Shown here: one piece after another, positions 40,868-50,879 of the stretch
Layout: every line of letters starts with the position of its first letter
Position numbering within the stretch: position 1 is the stretch's first letter
Source of the DNA: Mytilus trossulus
Lineage: Eukaryota
Assembly (NCBI RefSeq): GCF_036588685.1
Contig: NC_086383.1
Location: 6,510,001 to 6,574,000, forward strand
DNA length: 64,000 bases
Direction: 5' to 3'
The notes under the pieces: model-generated
What the model was told of the DNA's origin: nothing
Database searches by the model: none
Seen by the model: only the letters and a program-made list of their open reading frames with translations
Position numbers and translations under genes: made by a program

Positions 40868-42394
40868 CTACTTTAGATTGCATCAGTTATAATTCATCCC
40901 GTTCTCTTGATTTAGAGATACTGCTTGACGATATCTATGTTCAGGTGCTGCGTCGTCTTATATAGTATGAACCGGTCAACAGTTCTCTCAAAGTTCAAGT
41001 TTTTACAACAATCAAAACACATGTCCAAAAGAAGGATGTCCGGTAATGTCTTCAATTAATGTCGCAAATTATACTTAACATCTGTCTGATGAGAAGCAAC
41101 GGTCGAAAAGACGATGTATGTATTTTTGCAACAACAGACGATAGACAATATAAATCATTATGAATATATATAATCAGCTTCGTCATTCGTTTCATACTTT
41201 TGAATTAAATGTGATATATAATTTGTAAGTATTCACGTGAATCAACATGTAACGAATACGACTGTCTATCGGGTAGATCTATATATAGATCACAATGTTA
41301 TATATAATTGTTGTAAAACATTTTCTGCACAACATACTGGCATATATTATCTTACACATGTACAATTAAAAGCACTTATTTCCAATAACGCTTTGAATGT
41401 AGCTAAATTTATCAGTGCCACATATGTTAATTGTAGTACATGTATAACAAGCGGTAGGGTTGGTTTTATCTGGTTCTTATTATTATAATAACTGTTGTAT
41501 TGATTAAAATACATGTTATACATGTTATATAAACAAATGTAGAAAATGGTGGATTTAATCTTGTTTTAAAGCGTTAAACCTCTTACGAAACCTAAACGAA
41601 AGGAAAACAAACGTCACGTCATTATTAATGTAAAGTACTCTAAGTGAGATAATTAGCGCTTTCAAACCAGATTTAATCCACCATTTTATACATTTGAAAA
41701 TGCCTGTACCAAGTCAGGAATATGAGAGTTTTTATCCATTCGTTTTTAATGTGTTTTGTTATTTGATTTTAGACTTTCCCATTAGATTTGTCTCTGAGTT
41801 CAGTATTTTTGTGATTTTACCTTTTACACGACGTTACGTTGTTTTATATAGATACTGAATTATTTTTCAGACCATGTTCTCATATGAAATTACGTCATCG
41901 GAGAACAGTAATGCATACGATTAATCGTTGACCGATTAACCGGTGATGTGCCAATGCATATAGACAAGCAATGCAATGCGTTATGGTAACCGCAAATGAC
42001 CACATACTAAATGTATGTTGGTCAAATTGTTTTCTGATCTGAATACAAATATATCTGTTTTGAATATTTCATATGCCTATTTTGATATATTATTCGTGTT
42101 TGCACTATTTTAGTACTTTTGTTGTAGGTATCAGCGAACTGATATAGAACTATCGATGTCCTTATGGAAAACTGACTATATTAGTAAATTAAAAAATAAG
42201 CCAAACGGATGTAGCTTGTGTGGGGTTTGAATTTAAAATGCCAGGATTGAATACTCGTGCAGGCAACTACTAATTTATACTATTTAGATCTTTTTAAGTA
42301 AGTTATCTTGTGATTTTTGTTTTTTCCTGTTTTTTTATATGTGTTTTATTGCCTGACAAATGCTTGGTTGTCATAATAGCGTTTTGCATATCTT

Positions 42395-42789
42395 AGGAAG
42401 CTATTAAACCAAGAGTTCCAAATGGTGAAGTTGAAATCATCCCTTCGTAAATTTTACGGACGCCATCACGAGTTAGTTGACCGTTATGGAATAACCGTTT
42501 CACAAATGATATCGGATATGTTCCTTACAATCCCCTTCCCTTTCATGAATTTGACCTACCTACTTAAACTATTTACCGGATTTGTAATCACATAAGAAAC
42601 ACGACGGGTGCCGCATGTGGATCAGGATCTGCTTACCCTTCCGGAGCACCTGAGATCACCCCTAGTTTTTTGGTGGGGTTCGTGTTGTTTATTCTTTAGT
42701 TTTCTATGTTGTGTCATGTGTACTATTGTTTTTCTGTTTGTCTTTTTCATTTTTAGCCATGGCGTTGTCAGTTTGTTTGAGATTTATGA
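42395..42789 (+). mobile_element. 5'-truncated Penelope-like retroelement 3' end (RT C-terminus plus UTR)
   Basis: Frame from 42395 reads RKLLNQEFQMVKLKSSLRKFYGRHHELVDRYGITVSQMISDMF, which I recognise as resembling the C-terminal region of invertebrate Penelope-like RTs; the downstream part is repeated elsewhere in the window. Confidence 0.65.
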
Positions 42790-42896
42790 ACAGGCATACA
42801 TTACTTTAGTCGTATTTGGCACAACTTTTTGGAATCTTGGATCCTCAATGCTCTTCAATTTTTTACTTATTTGGCTTGATAACTATTTTGATATGA

Positions 42897-42940
42897 GCGT
42901 CACTGATGAGTCATATGTAGACGAAACGTGCGTCTGGCGT
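42897..42940 (+). ncRNA. Minimal type I hammerhead ribozyme, second family, intact core (cleavage after C42934)
   Basis: GCGUCA-CUGAUGA-GUC(auaugua)GAC-GAAA-C(GUGC)G-UC/UGGCGU within a retrozyme fragment at ~42790-42972. Confidence 0.85.
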
Positions 42941-43154
42941 ACTAAATTATAATATTTGTACCTTTGATAACTTTTACGGCTACGTTGAGGAAACATTTAT
43001 AGCCGTAGGGAAGGATGATGAATGAAATAATCGGTTAACGTACTCATTTGTCGTTTTTTAACCATACACATATTGTCGGCTTATTTCACCCTGTCAGGCA
43101 TATTAATCATTAAATCACAAGTAAATTCACATGTAAGAGGGAGATCAAACATCA

Positions 43155-43620
43155 TAATAGGTATACCGAAAGTGTCGACTCTTTAAAATCAAGGATCTTA
43201 CTAAGAAAATATGTATGCATAATATGCCCAGTGTTTAGATCAAGGATCTTGACTACTAAAATAGGTATGCTAAATTTGTTGATTGCATTAATTCAAATTT
43301 ATTAAAAAAGACAATAGGGTGGCTGAATGTGTTACGTGCTGTAGTAAAGGATCTTAAACAAGACAATAGGTATCAAATGCACCGAGTGTTTTTGATAATG
43401 TAAACCAGAAAAACAAAAGTTTTACTGGCTATACCAAGTGCTTTTATAAGTGCTTTATATTATTTAGATAAACCAAGACAATAGGTAAGCCAAATATGCC
43501 TGTTGGTATAGATTAATGTAATCTGTAAGACAATAGGTATGCATAATTTGCCGGTTGCCATAGACAAATGATAGATAAATGAGACCAAAAAGACATGAGA
43601 TACGCCGGATTTGCCGATTA
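43155..43620 (+). repeat. Degenerate minisatellite (~50-60 bp unit)
   Basis: Recurring aagacaataggta / caaggatctt motifs. Confidence 0.6.
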
Positions 43621-44461
43621 ATATAAAACAGCACACTAATTGCTGTTCTAGTTTAGGGAAATCGGTAGAGGGAAAGTAGAATTATATAAGGGTTATTAGA
43701 TTAGTTTTTCGTTCACCGCTCTTGTATCTCGGTGTTTGTTTTTTGTTTAATGTCAGTGTTCTTGCTGTTCCGTTGATTTCTCCTTAGAGTTTATGTCCTT
43801 CTTGCGTTTTATGTTTGAAATCCGGATTCGTTTTTTCCCAATCAATATATTTCTTTTGAACAAGGTATAATACTGTTTTCTGTTTCAGGTTTCTAATAGT
43901 GTTCAGTTCTGCGTGTAGTTGTCTTGACTTTTTTTTACCTTTTTGTTACATGTGTCACTAATAAGTCTGTTTACAGGAACGTGTGTTTTTGATCAAAATC
44001 AAATGTCTGGTATCTATAATAAGGCTTGTTATCATAATCATTAGGTATCAACCACAACTTTTACTTGTTATCATGGTCAATATTTATTTAAAATATATAT
44101 ATATTATACATGTATGAACGATTAAGTCAAATTGCAGCAACATTATTTGTATTTGAGTGGGTTTACCTCACGGAATGATGTAACTGACCGAGAAAAATTG
44201 ATATTTTATAAAAAAAAAAAAAATGCTATCAATTACTCGTATGTTGGCTTGTTTTAAATAACACTAGAAAACAATTTTGCGGGGCATATACCGCTTGTAA
44301 CTGTTGTAGGATGAATTGTAAAATATATTATGACTGGCGAATTTTATATAAGGTATCAAAAGCCCTCTCCCATTTTTGCCAAAGTCCGTTATGTGATTTT
44401 TCTCTGTTAAATCCGATTATTTTTCAGTTTTTGGTGTTATACCAAAAGTATTCTTCCCCTT

Positions 44462-44740
44462 GCTGACATGAATTGTCATTGATATAGTTATATTTATCAA
44501 TTTACTGTTTACAATTTTTTTAATTTTTTGAAATACTTAGGCTTTTCTACCTCAGGCATAGATTACCTTATCTGTGTTTGGCAAAACTTTTAGGAATTTT
44601 GGTTCTCAATGCTCTTCAACTTTGTACTTTAGTTTTAGTTTTTATTTTTTGTATTCGAGCGTAATTGATGAGTCTTTTGTAGACGAAACGCGCATCTGGC
44701 GTATACTTAATTTAGTCCTGGTATCTATAATGAGTTTATT
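44462..44740 (+). repeat. Degenerate second-family retrozyme copy, hammerhead core mutated
   Basis: gagcgtaaTTGATGAgtcttttgtagacGAAAcgcgcatctggcgt at ~44657-44702: C3 changed to U, mismatches in stems I and III. Confidence 0.75.
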
Positions 44741-45082
44741 TGCTACAATGCACTTTTTGGCAAAAGTCAAATTAAATTAAAGATTTGCACCGCTTCAAAC
44801 ATGAAATAAATGAAACTGCTTAAAGACCATTTTTATTTAAAAAGTGAGCTTCTATGACCATTCATCAGTAATTTTCCTTCTGAGAGCCCTATTAGCATGT
44901 CAATGATAGGATTTGAATCTCGTATAAATGACAAAGGCTCATTTAAGGGGTCGCATGAGGGGGCAATATCCCGAATTCCCGGACTTACAAACACGAAATC
45001 CCGAAGTGTGTATTTTAACGAAATCCATATCCCGACATCCCAAAATTAAAACAAAACTACTTTCACTTTAAACAATATATGT

Positions 45083-45454
45083 GATTGCCCATTTATGGGA
45101 ATTATGATTTCTAGTCTGTTCGTTTGTTCTTCTGTCCTTCCGTCCGGTTTCAGGTTAAAGTTTTCACTTTCAACTATACATTGTTATGCCCTATTTATGG
45201 AAATAATGTTTCCTAGTCTGTTCGTTCGTTCGTTCGTCTGTCCGTCTGTCCCGCTTTAGGTTGAAGTTTTTGTCGAGGTAGACTTTGGTGAATTTGAAAT
45301 CCAACCAAACAGAAACTTAGTAAATGTGTTTCCTGCTGTAGGATCTTCCTAATTTGAATGCCAAATTAGACATTTTACCCCATTTCACGGTTCACTTAAC
45401 CTAGTAAAAGATAGTGCCGATGTGGCATCCGTATACTATAGACACATTCTTGTT
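45083..45454 (+). mobile_element. Non-autonomous Helentron/DINE-1-like element with partial 5' duplication
   Basis: ttatgccc start, (gttc)n/(gtcc)n microsatellite, subterminal inverted ggcat and 3' gacacattcttgttt end. Confidence 0.55.
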
Positions 45455-45638
45455 TCCACATGTTTTACTTATTTCAATATTTGTGCAACTGGTATGACCC
45501 CTTAGATAGTAAATATTTCAGAAAAAAGTAGACAGAATACAGTCTCTGTATATTATAGTAGTATAATGTTCCTTCATCCAAGCATATCTTGGATGTGCAG
45601 GATGAAGGTCATTCTTAGAATATGAGCCTGAGGCTCGA

Positions 45639-45786
45639 AAGTAATGAATTAGCTTAACTTCTCTATGAGGGATGAAGTTAACATGTAATATCTCTGTTTA
45701 AAGAAACGAACTATAGCCATCGGACTATAGATAGCCAGTGACCTTGACCCTAGTATATAAGCACCTGTTCCATAATAACTCGTCAT
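45639..45786. repeat. DIRS 3' inverted terminal repeat
   Basis: Reverse complement of 50881-51028 with one mismatch (45717 vs 50950). Confidence 0.95.
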
Positions 45787-45866
45787 AATTTAAAGCAAGT
45801 TTGTGTCGACCAAAAAACTCATAAAAAAAGGGTGGGTCTAACTCATAATCCCTAGGGTGGGAATTA

Positions 45867-45990
45867 ATTACTTTCGAGCCTCAGGCTCATATTCTAAGAA
45901 TGACCTTCATCCTGCACATCCAAGATATGCTTGGATGAAGGAACATTCTTATTCATATTTCGCCTTCGGTCTCAAGTAATGAATTAGCTT
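45867..45990. other. DIRS internal complementary region (ICR)
   Basis: 45867-45947 is the reverse complement of terminus 45565-45645; 45945-45990 is the reverse complement of terminus 51012-51057; the two overlap at ATT (45945-45947). Confidence 0.95.
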
Positions 45991-46065
45991 GTTTAAAGTG
46001 TAGACACAAACTAAAAACAAAAGCATACAAATGCAACATTTAATAAAGCTTAAACAAATACAAGA

Positions 46066-47073
46066 TCAAGCATTAATAACTGCAGAAGCAAAGTCTGTAT
46101 TGCCAATATCATTAAATTCTCTGTTATAAAACTTATAAAATGTATTAGCACATGTCCAATTAGCTGTTGCCATAATGTCTTTCACAGAACATCCAGAAGC
46201 TAACGCAGCTGAAGTAGAGGCACCTCTAAATGAATGTGCCTTGAAAATGTTAATATCTATGCCCACTAAAAGTAACACGGTTTTTAACCATCTAGATAAC
46301 GTAGAAGTAGAAACTTTACGAAAAGTTGCATAAGAAATGAATAAACTAGAAGTCTTCCTGACATCTCTTGTACGTAAAACATAATTAATCAATGTCTTCA
46401 CCACGCAAAGTTCTGGTTTAACAAAACGCTTAAACACCACATTAGGCAGACTAAAACCAGGTCTAGTAGTTTTCAAAAGTTCCTGTATATGTAACACTAT
46501 AATCCCTTGTCTTTGACTAAAAGACATAAAATTTAAATCTAGTGCTGATATAGATTGTGCTCTAGCAGCTGTGGTCAAAGCAACTAAAGCTACAAGTTTA
46601 AAAGTCAAATTTTTCAATGTTAAATCCTCCAAAGGATATAAAGAACTCAAGAACGAAAGTACTAAATTTACATCCCAAGTGAAAGAGTATCTTGCTCTTG
46701 GCGGATTCAGGTTAAAGCAACCTTTCAACATACGTTCAACAAAAACAAATTTAGTAACCTCTACTCCAAAAAAGGATAAAGTCTGTGTCAACATTGACCG
46801 AGTAGTATTTAACACTGAATATGAAAAGTTACTGTTTTTCAAAAAATTTAAATAATCTATTACATCCTTTTCAGATGGTCGAAAATAATTGGTTTTCCTT
46901 TGAACACACCAAATAACGAATTTTCTCCAAGAATATTGGTATTGCTTGATTGTAGAAGGTCTCCAAGATGCAATGATGACATCTGCAGATGATTCTGAAA
47001 ATCCTCTATCAAGTAACGATTTCCGGATACAATACACACGGTTAAACTTAGTCTCTTCCTTAATGGATGGCAT
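46066..47073 (-). CDS. DIRS tyrosine recombinase (335 aa)
   Basis: N-terminal core-binding region (WRPSTIKQY...W) and catalytic residues AAR, LKT, HSFR, ANW, FYKFY; overlaps the end of pol. Confidence 0.95.
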   Translation of the reverse strand: MPSIKEETKFNRVYCIRKSLLDRGFSESSADVIIASWRPSTIKQYQYSWRKFVIWCVQRKTNYFRPSEKDVIDYLNFLKNSNFSYSVLNTTRSMLTQTLSFFGVEVTKFVFVERMLKGCFNLNPPRARYSFTWDVNLVLSFLSSLYPLEDLTLKNLTFKLVALVALTTAARAQSISALDLNFMSFSQRQGIIVLHIQELLKTTRPGFSLPNVVFKRFVKPELCVVKTLINYVLRTRDVRKTSSLFISYATFRKVSTSTLSRWLKTVLLLVGIDINIFKAHSFRGASTSAALASGCSVKDIMATANWTCANTFYKFYNREFNDIGNTDFASAVINA

Positions 47074-49034
47074 TCTCCTGTATGCGGCATCATTACTAAA
47101 TCTTTGTGTTGAGGCAGTCTAACTGGCAAAGAAATTAACATTGGTATTAGTAAAGAAAACCAACTTTGTGCAGGCCAAAATGGAATAATCAAAATAGCCT
47201 TCTCAACCTTGTCACTTAAAATTTTCATTAAAATTTTCCCCAACAAAGTAAAAGGTGGGAAAATATATGGTCTAAAATTAGACCATGAAATAGTAAAAGC
47301 ATCAACATAAGTAGCTTGTGGGTCAAATGACCATGATGCAAATCTAGGGACCTGAAAATTCAAACGTGAAGCAAACAAATCAACGTTTGGAACAAAGAAA
47401 TGTTTACAAATTCTATCAAATATTTCTACTTTCAATTGCCACTCTGTGGAATCTGTAAAATTTCTAGACATATGATCAGCATCAAAATTTTCTATTCCAG
47501 GAATATACTGAGCTGTGATAAAAATATCTCTTTCTGAACACCAAGCCCAAATCTCTGCAGCAAGCCTGTCAAGTGACAATGAGGCCATGCCTCCCATTTC
47601 ATTAATATAAGCTACTGCAGTAGTATTGTCTGATCGTATACCAATATGGCATGACTTTTTGTGACTAAAAAATGCTCTTAAAGAGAAAAATATAGCCAAC
47701 AATTCTAAGAAGTTTATATGAAAAGAGCGTTCTGACAAGCTCCATCTACCACCAGCAAATTGTCCTTCAAAATTAGTTCCCCAACCTTCTAATGAAGCGT
47801 CTGTTTCAATCCAAAAGTTAATTTGTATGGGTCTTATCAGTTTTCCATTCTCAGATCTTAAATTGTTAACCCACCAAAAGATTTCAGTTCTTGACTCTTG
47901 TGTGATAAAAATTTTTGAGTCAAAATCACCATGACAACTATTCAGTGCTCCCACTTTATTTCTCTCCATGTTTCTGTAATGAAGTGGTCCCACAGATACT
48001 GCATTAAAAGCATGTACCACAAGACCAATAAATGATGCAAAGCATCTTACAGTAACACACTTCTGTTGAAGAATAGTTTTCCCAAGGGAGATAATTTTAT
48101 TCAATTTCTCATCTGTCAGAAAAATCTTAAATAACTCAGTATCAATAATGAGACCAAAGAAAACAATGCGTTTTGAAGGAATAAGGACAGACTTCTTAGT
48201 ATTAATTCTGAAACCAAGTTCATCAAACTTCTGCACCATTTTTTCTGTATTTACAATACAACTTTCTAAATTCTGATCCATAACAAGAGAATCATCAATG
48301 TAATAAATACATCTAATGCCATTTTTCCGAAAAAATGCATAAACAGGTTTTAAAACCTTAGTAAAAACTCTTGGTGCAGAAGCCAATCCAAAACAAAGAA
48401 CCTGAAATTCATATAAATGTCCTTTCCACATGAAACGCAAATATCTCTTAAAGTCATTATTTATACTTATACTAAAATAAGCATCTGTGAGATCTATGGA
48501 TGTTAGATAATCATCCTTCTGAATTACATCTAAAACAAATGATAAATGTTCTTGTTTAAAATGATGATAAGCCACAAAATTGTTTAAATATTTTAAATTG
48601 ATAACAGGCCTTGAAGACCCATCTTTCTTAGGAACTAAGAAAATATTGGAAATAAACTGGTTCTCCAATGATTCAACTTTTTTAATAGCTCCCTTAGCCA
48701 ATAATTTTTGGACTTCTTCTGAAATAATTTCAATCTTGTGAACAGGGAAATGTATTTCATGCATAAAAGATGAAGCTTGTGGCTCAACATCAAATTCAAT
48801 TTTATAACCATTTCTAACTGTATCTAATATCCATAGATCACTTGTAATACTTTCCCATACGGGATAATTAAGTTCTCTCACCTTAACTATTGTCGATAAT
48901 GGTTGTTCTGGTTGAACCCTCTCTGAGAGTTGTGACCTCTTTGGGACCCTCTGTTCCCTGTCTGGAAACCTCTCCCTCTGCCTCTGAGGGAGGGGAATTG
49001 TCGTCCGCCCTGTCGACCGACAGGGCCTCTGGAG
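46860..49034 (-). CDS. DIRS pol: reverse transcriptase, RNase H and Dam-like adenine methyltransferase domain; no ATG at its start, frame open up to 49055
   Basis: RPVINLK, DLTDAYF, FGLASAPRVF, YIDD (RT); TDASLEGWG, HINFLEL, SDNTTAV, ADHMSR (RNase H); DLFAS...DAF...YIFPPF (MT). The ORF-track start at 48881 is GTG. Confidence 0.93.
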   Translation of the reverse strand, partial: LQRPCRSTGRTTIPLPQRQRERFPDREQRVPKRSQLSERVQPEQPLSTIVKVRELNYPVWESITSDLWILDTVRNGYKIEFDVEPQASSFMHEIHFPVHKIEIISEEVQKLLAKGAIKKVESLENQFISNIFLVPKKDGSSRPVINLKYLNNFVAYHHFKQEHLSFVLDVIQKDDYLTSIDLTDAYFSISINNDFKRYLRFMWKGHLYEFQVLCFGLASAPRVFTKVLKPVYAFFRKNGIRCIYYIDDSLVMDQNLESCIVNTEKMVQKFDELGFRINTKKSVLIPSKRIVFFGLIIDTELFKIFLTDEKLNKIISLGKTILQQKCVTVRCFASFIGLVVHAFNAVSVGPLHYRNMERNKVGALNSCHGDFDSKIFITQESRTEIFWWVNNLRSENGKLIRPIQINFWIETDASLEGWGTNFEGQFAGGRWSLSERSFHINFLELLAIFFSLRAFFSHKKSCHIGIRSDNTTAVAYINEMGGMASLSLDRLAAEIWAWCSERDIFITAQYIPGIENFDADHMSRNFTDSTEWQLKVEIFDRICKHFFVPNVDLFASRLNFQVPRFASWSFDPQATYVDAFTISWSNFRPYIFPPFTLLGKILMKILSDKVEKAILIIPFWPAQSWFSLLIPMLISLPVRLPQHKDLVMMPHTGECHPLRKRLSLTVCIVSGNRYLIEDFQNHLQMSSLHLGDLLQSSNTNILGENSLFGVFKGKPIIFDHLKRM

Positions 49035-50398
49035 TTTAAAGACTGATAATGGTCTCTACTAAAGTTGCTTGGAGCACTAAAGTTGTTGGACCTAGATCCT
49101 CTACCTAGGAATCTAGGACTAGCTATTGGAATCTTGGTGTAGTCACCAAGTTCCTTCATCTGCTTCATGCAGTCAGCCCCAAAGAGTGATGAATCCACCG
49201 GTACATCAGAATTACATATAGGTTTAAACTTGTCATTAAAATAAGGTCTAAGTGCTGAGCGTCTCCTCTGTGTCAGAGAGAGAAAACCATGGCCTAACAA
49301 ACAAATAGAGTCAGACAAAAGCTTTCTAGTGTTGTCGACATTTAAAGGCTCATTCCTACAGCACTGATTGGCCAACTGAACAATAGGGGTCAACCCCTTA
49401 ACAAAATATCTTTGAGTTTCTTGCATTTTGGAATCAACAGTGTGGGCCTGTCTAGGCAAAGCGGTCCAAATCTCCTTATTGACCCTAGGAACACAAAGGT
49501 TCTCACAATTTTCTGGCCGTAAATATCTCTCCTCGATCAATTTAATACTCTCGTAATTTGATTTAACCGACATTGCAGCATTAACAGCCTTTGAAAGCCC
49601 AGAAGATAATTTTGGCCCAGTCTTCTCTTCAGTATTCAACTGTGGGATTTCCCAATCAAAATCATATTGTTCACCCTGTTCAACAACAGGTTGAGAAAGT
49701 GGTACATTAACCTCACTAAGAGGAGCCCTAAAGGCATTAGAAAACCCTAGGGCTGGGTCAAAAGAAGTGTCAAAATCAACTGGTGCTGGACTGTCATCAG
49801 CCCTAGCAGAGACTCCAGAAGGAGGTAAATATACTGGATCCTCCAAGTAATCCATATCAAAATCCTGAACAGAATCTGTATTTAAATTAGCATCTAAAGG
49901 CAAAATTTGAGTGTTAGAGGATACAGCAGCAGGGTTAACAACCTCTGCTTGAATGGAAGACTGTGAAACTGTCTCACACCTAGGGGCCCTTACAGGCTCT
50001 TTCCCACAATTATTAATAAATCCTCTAAAAAGATGAGTCAAAGTGTCAATTGACTTGCCCATTGTAGATATGCCCATTTTATCCCTCAACACTGATAATT
50101 CCTCAGGAGATAAATCCTCAACTCTAGGAGATTTAGTGGCTTTACTAGTAGCACTAGTAGCCTTAGCTTTCCTTTTGACTGATTTAGGTGCCTTGTCACT
50201 CGAAATGGCAGTGCCTTTTATAATTCTATTAGGCTTTTTAGGAGGTTTATTGACACTACCTCTAGTTTTCCTATTCAAATCATCATTTTTTATTTCATTA
50301 GCAACATACAGATGCTGAAAATCATAGCCATCGGCTTCATTATCAATATCATTTTCATCATGCAAAAGCAAAACATCTTCATTTTCAGACTCAGTCAT
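48887..50398 (-). CDS. DIRS gag-like ORF1 (503 aa)
   Basis: First ORF of the element; RPENCENLCVPRVNKEIW core and RG-rich basic C-terminus. Confidence 0.88.
   Translation of the reverse strand: MTESENEDVLLLHDENDIDNEADGYDFQHLYVANEIKNDDLNRKTRGSVNKPPKKPNRIIKGTAISSDKAPKSVKRKAKATSATSKATKSPRVEDLSPEELSVLRDKMGISTMGKSIDTLTHLFRGFINNCGKEPVRAPRCETVSQSSIQAEVVNPAAVSSNTQILPLDANLNTDSVQDFDMDYLEDPVYLPPSGVSARADDSPAPVDFDTSFDPALGFSNAFRAPLSEVNVPLSQPVVEQGEQYDFDWEIPQLNTEEKTGPKLSSGLSKAVNAAMSVKSNYESIKLIEERYLRPENCENLCVPRVNKEIWTALPRQAHTVDSKMQETQRYFVKGLTPIVQLANQCCRNEPLNVDNTRKLLSDSICLLGHGFLSLTQRRRSALRPYFNDKFKPICNSDVPVDSSLFGADCMKQMKELGDYTKIPIASPRFLGRGSRSNNFSAPSNFSRDHYQSLNSRGPVGRQGGRQFPSLRGRGRGFQTGNRGSQRGHNSQRGFNQNNHYRQ
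49007..49040 (-). promoter_or_regulatory. Predicted -1 programmed ribosomal frameshift signal (U UUA AAC + 7-nt spacer + GC-rich hairpin)
   Basis: Gag frame TCT TTA AAC; the -1 frame TTT AAA CTC is the pol frame; hairpin GCCCTGTC-GGTC-GACAGGGC at 49026-49007. Confidence 0.8.
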
Positions 50399-50545
50399 TT
50401 TAAAAGTTTGAATAATATAACGTGTACCTGTGCAGGTAAAACACGTGCTAAACCTGAAGAGTACAAGCGACCTTCAGTTAAAGAGAAATACACCTGTAAT
50501 TATCTACCTGTTTAACAAACAGGAGTAAAATAACAAACTAACAAC

Positions 50546-50751
50546 TTGCCGTACTACGTAGGCAAAAACTTTAATGAAAAAACTTGTCATACAACGTAGA
50601 CAATATTTATTTATTTATTTACAACAACACTTGTCGTACAACGTAGACAAGAAATTCGTTATTTCTAATTAATATCAACACTTGTCGTACCTCGTAGACA
50701 AGAAATTCTTTATCTAATTAATATCAACACTTGTCGTACCTCGTAGACAAG
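50546..50751 (-). repeat. Five-copy bulged stem-loop array in DIRS leader
   Basis: (C)UUGUC-UAC-GNN-GUA-Y-GACAA(G) at 50546, 50584, 50630, 50681, 50730. Confidence 0.85.
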
Positions 50752-50879
50752 AAATTCTTTAATTCTCAAGACAATGGGATTTAAGAAACTTGGAAAAAAT
50801 AACTTACCAACCAAAAAAACTAAAACTATTAAGAAAAATAACTGTGAAGTAAGTGGTTACTTCACCCCTCTAGAAAAAT

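Noticed and set aside
43950-44020. Additional hammerhead copy
   Set aside because: Faint similarity to the second family but the catalytic core is destroyed.
42608-44780. ORFs at 42608-42952 and 44574-44780
   Set aside because: Translations of repeat UTR/retrozyme sequence with GTG starts; no protein features.
46571-50515. Plus-strand ORFs antisense to the DIRS genes (46571, 50043, 50312)
   Set aside because: Shadow ORFs on the opposite strand of real coding regions.
50546-50751. CRISPR-like appearance of palindromic repeats with spacers
   Set aside because: Eukaryotic context, spacers are related to each other and uneven in length, no cas genes; the array lies inside a DIRS leader.
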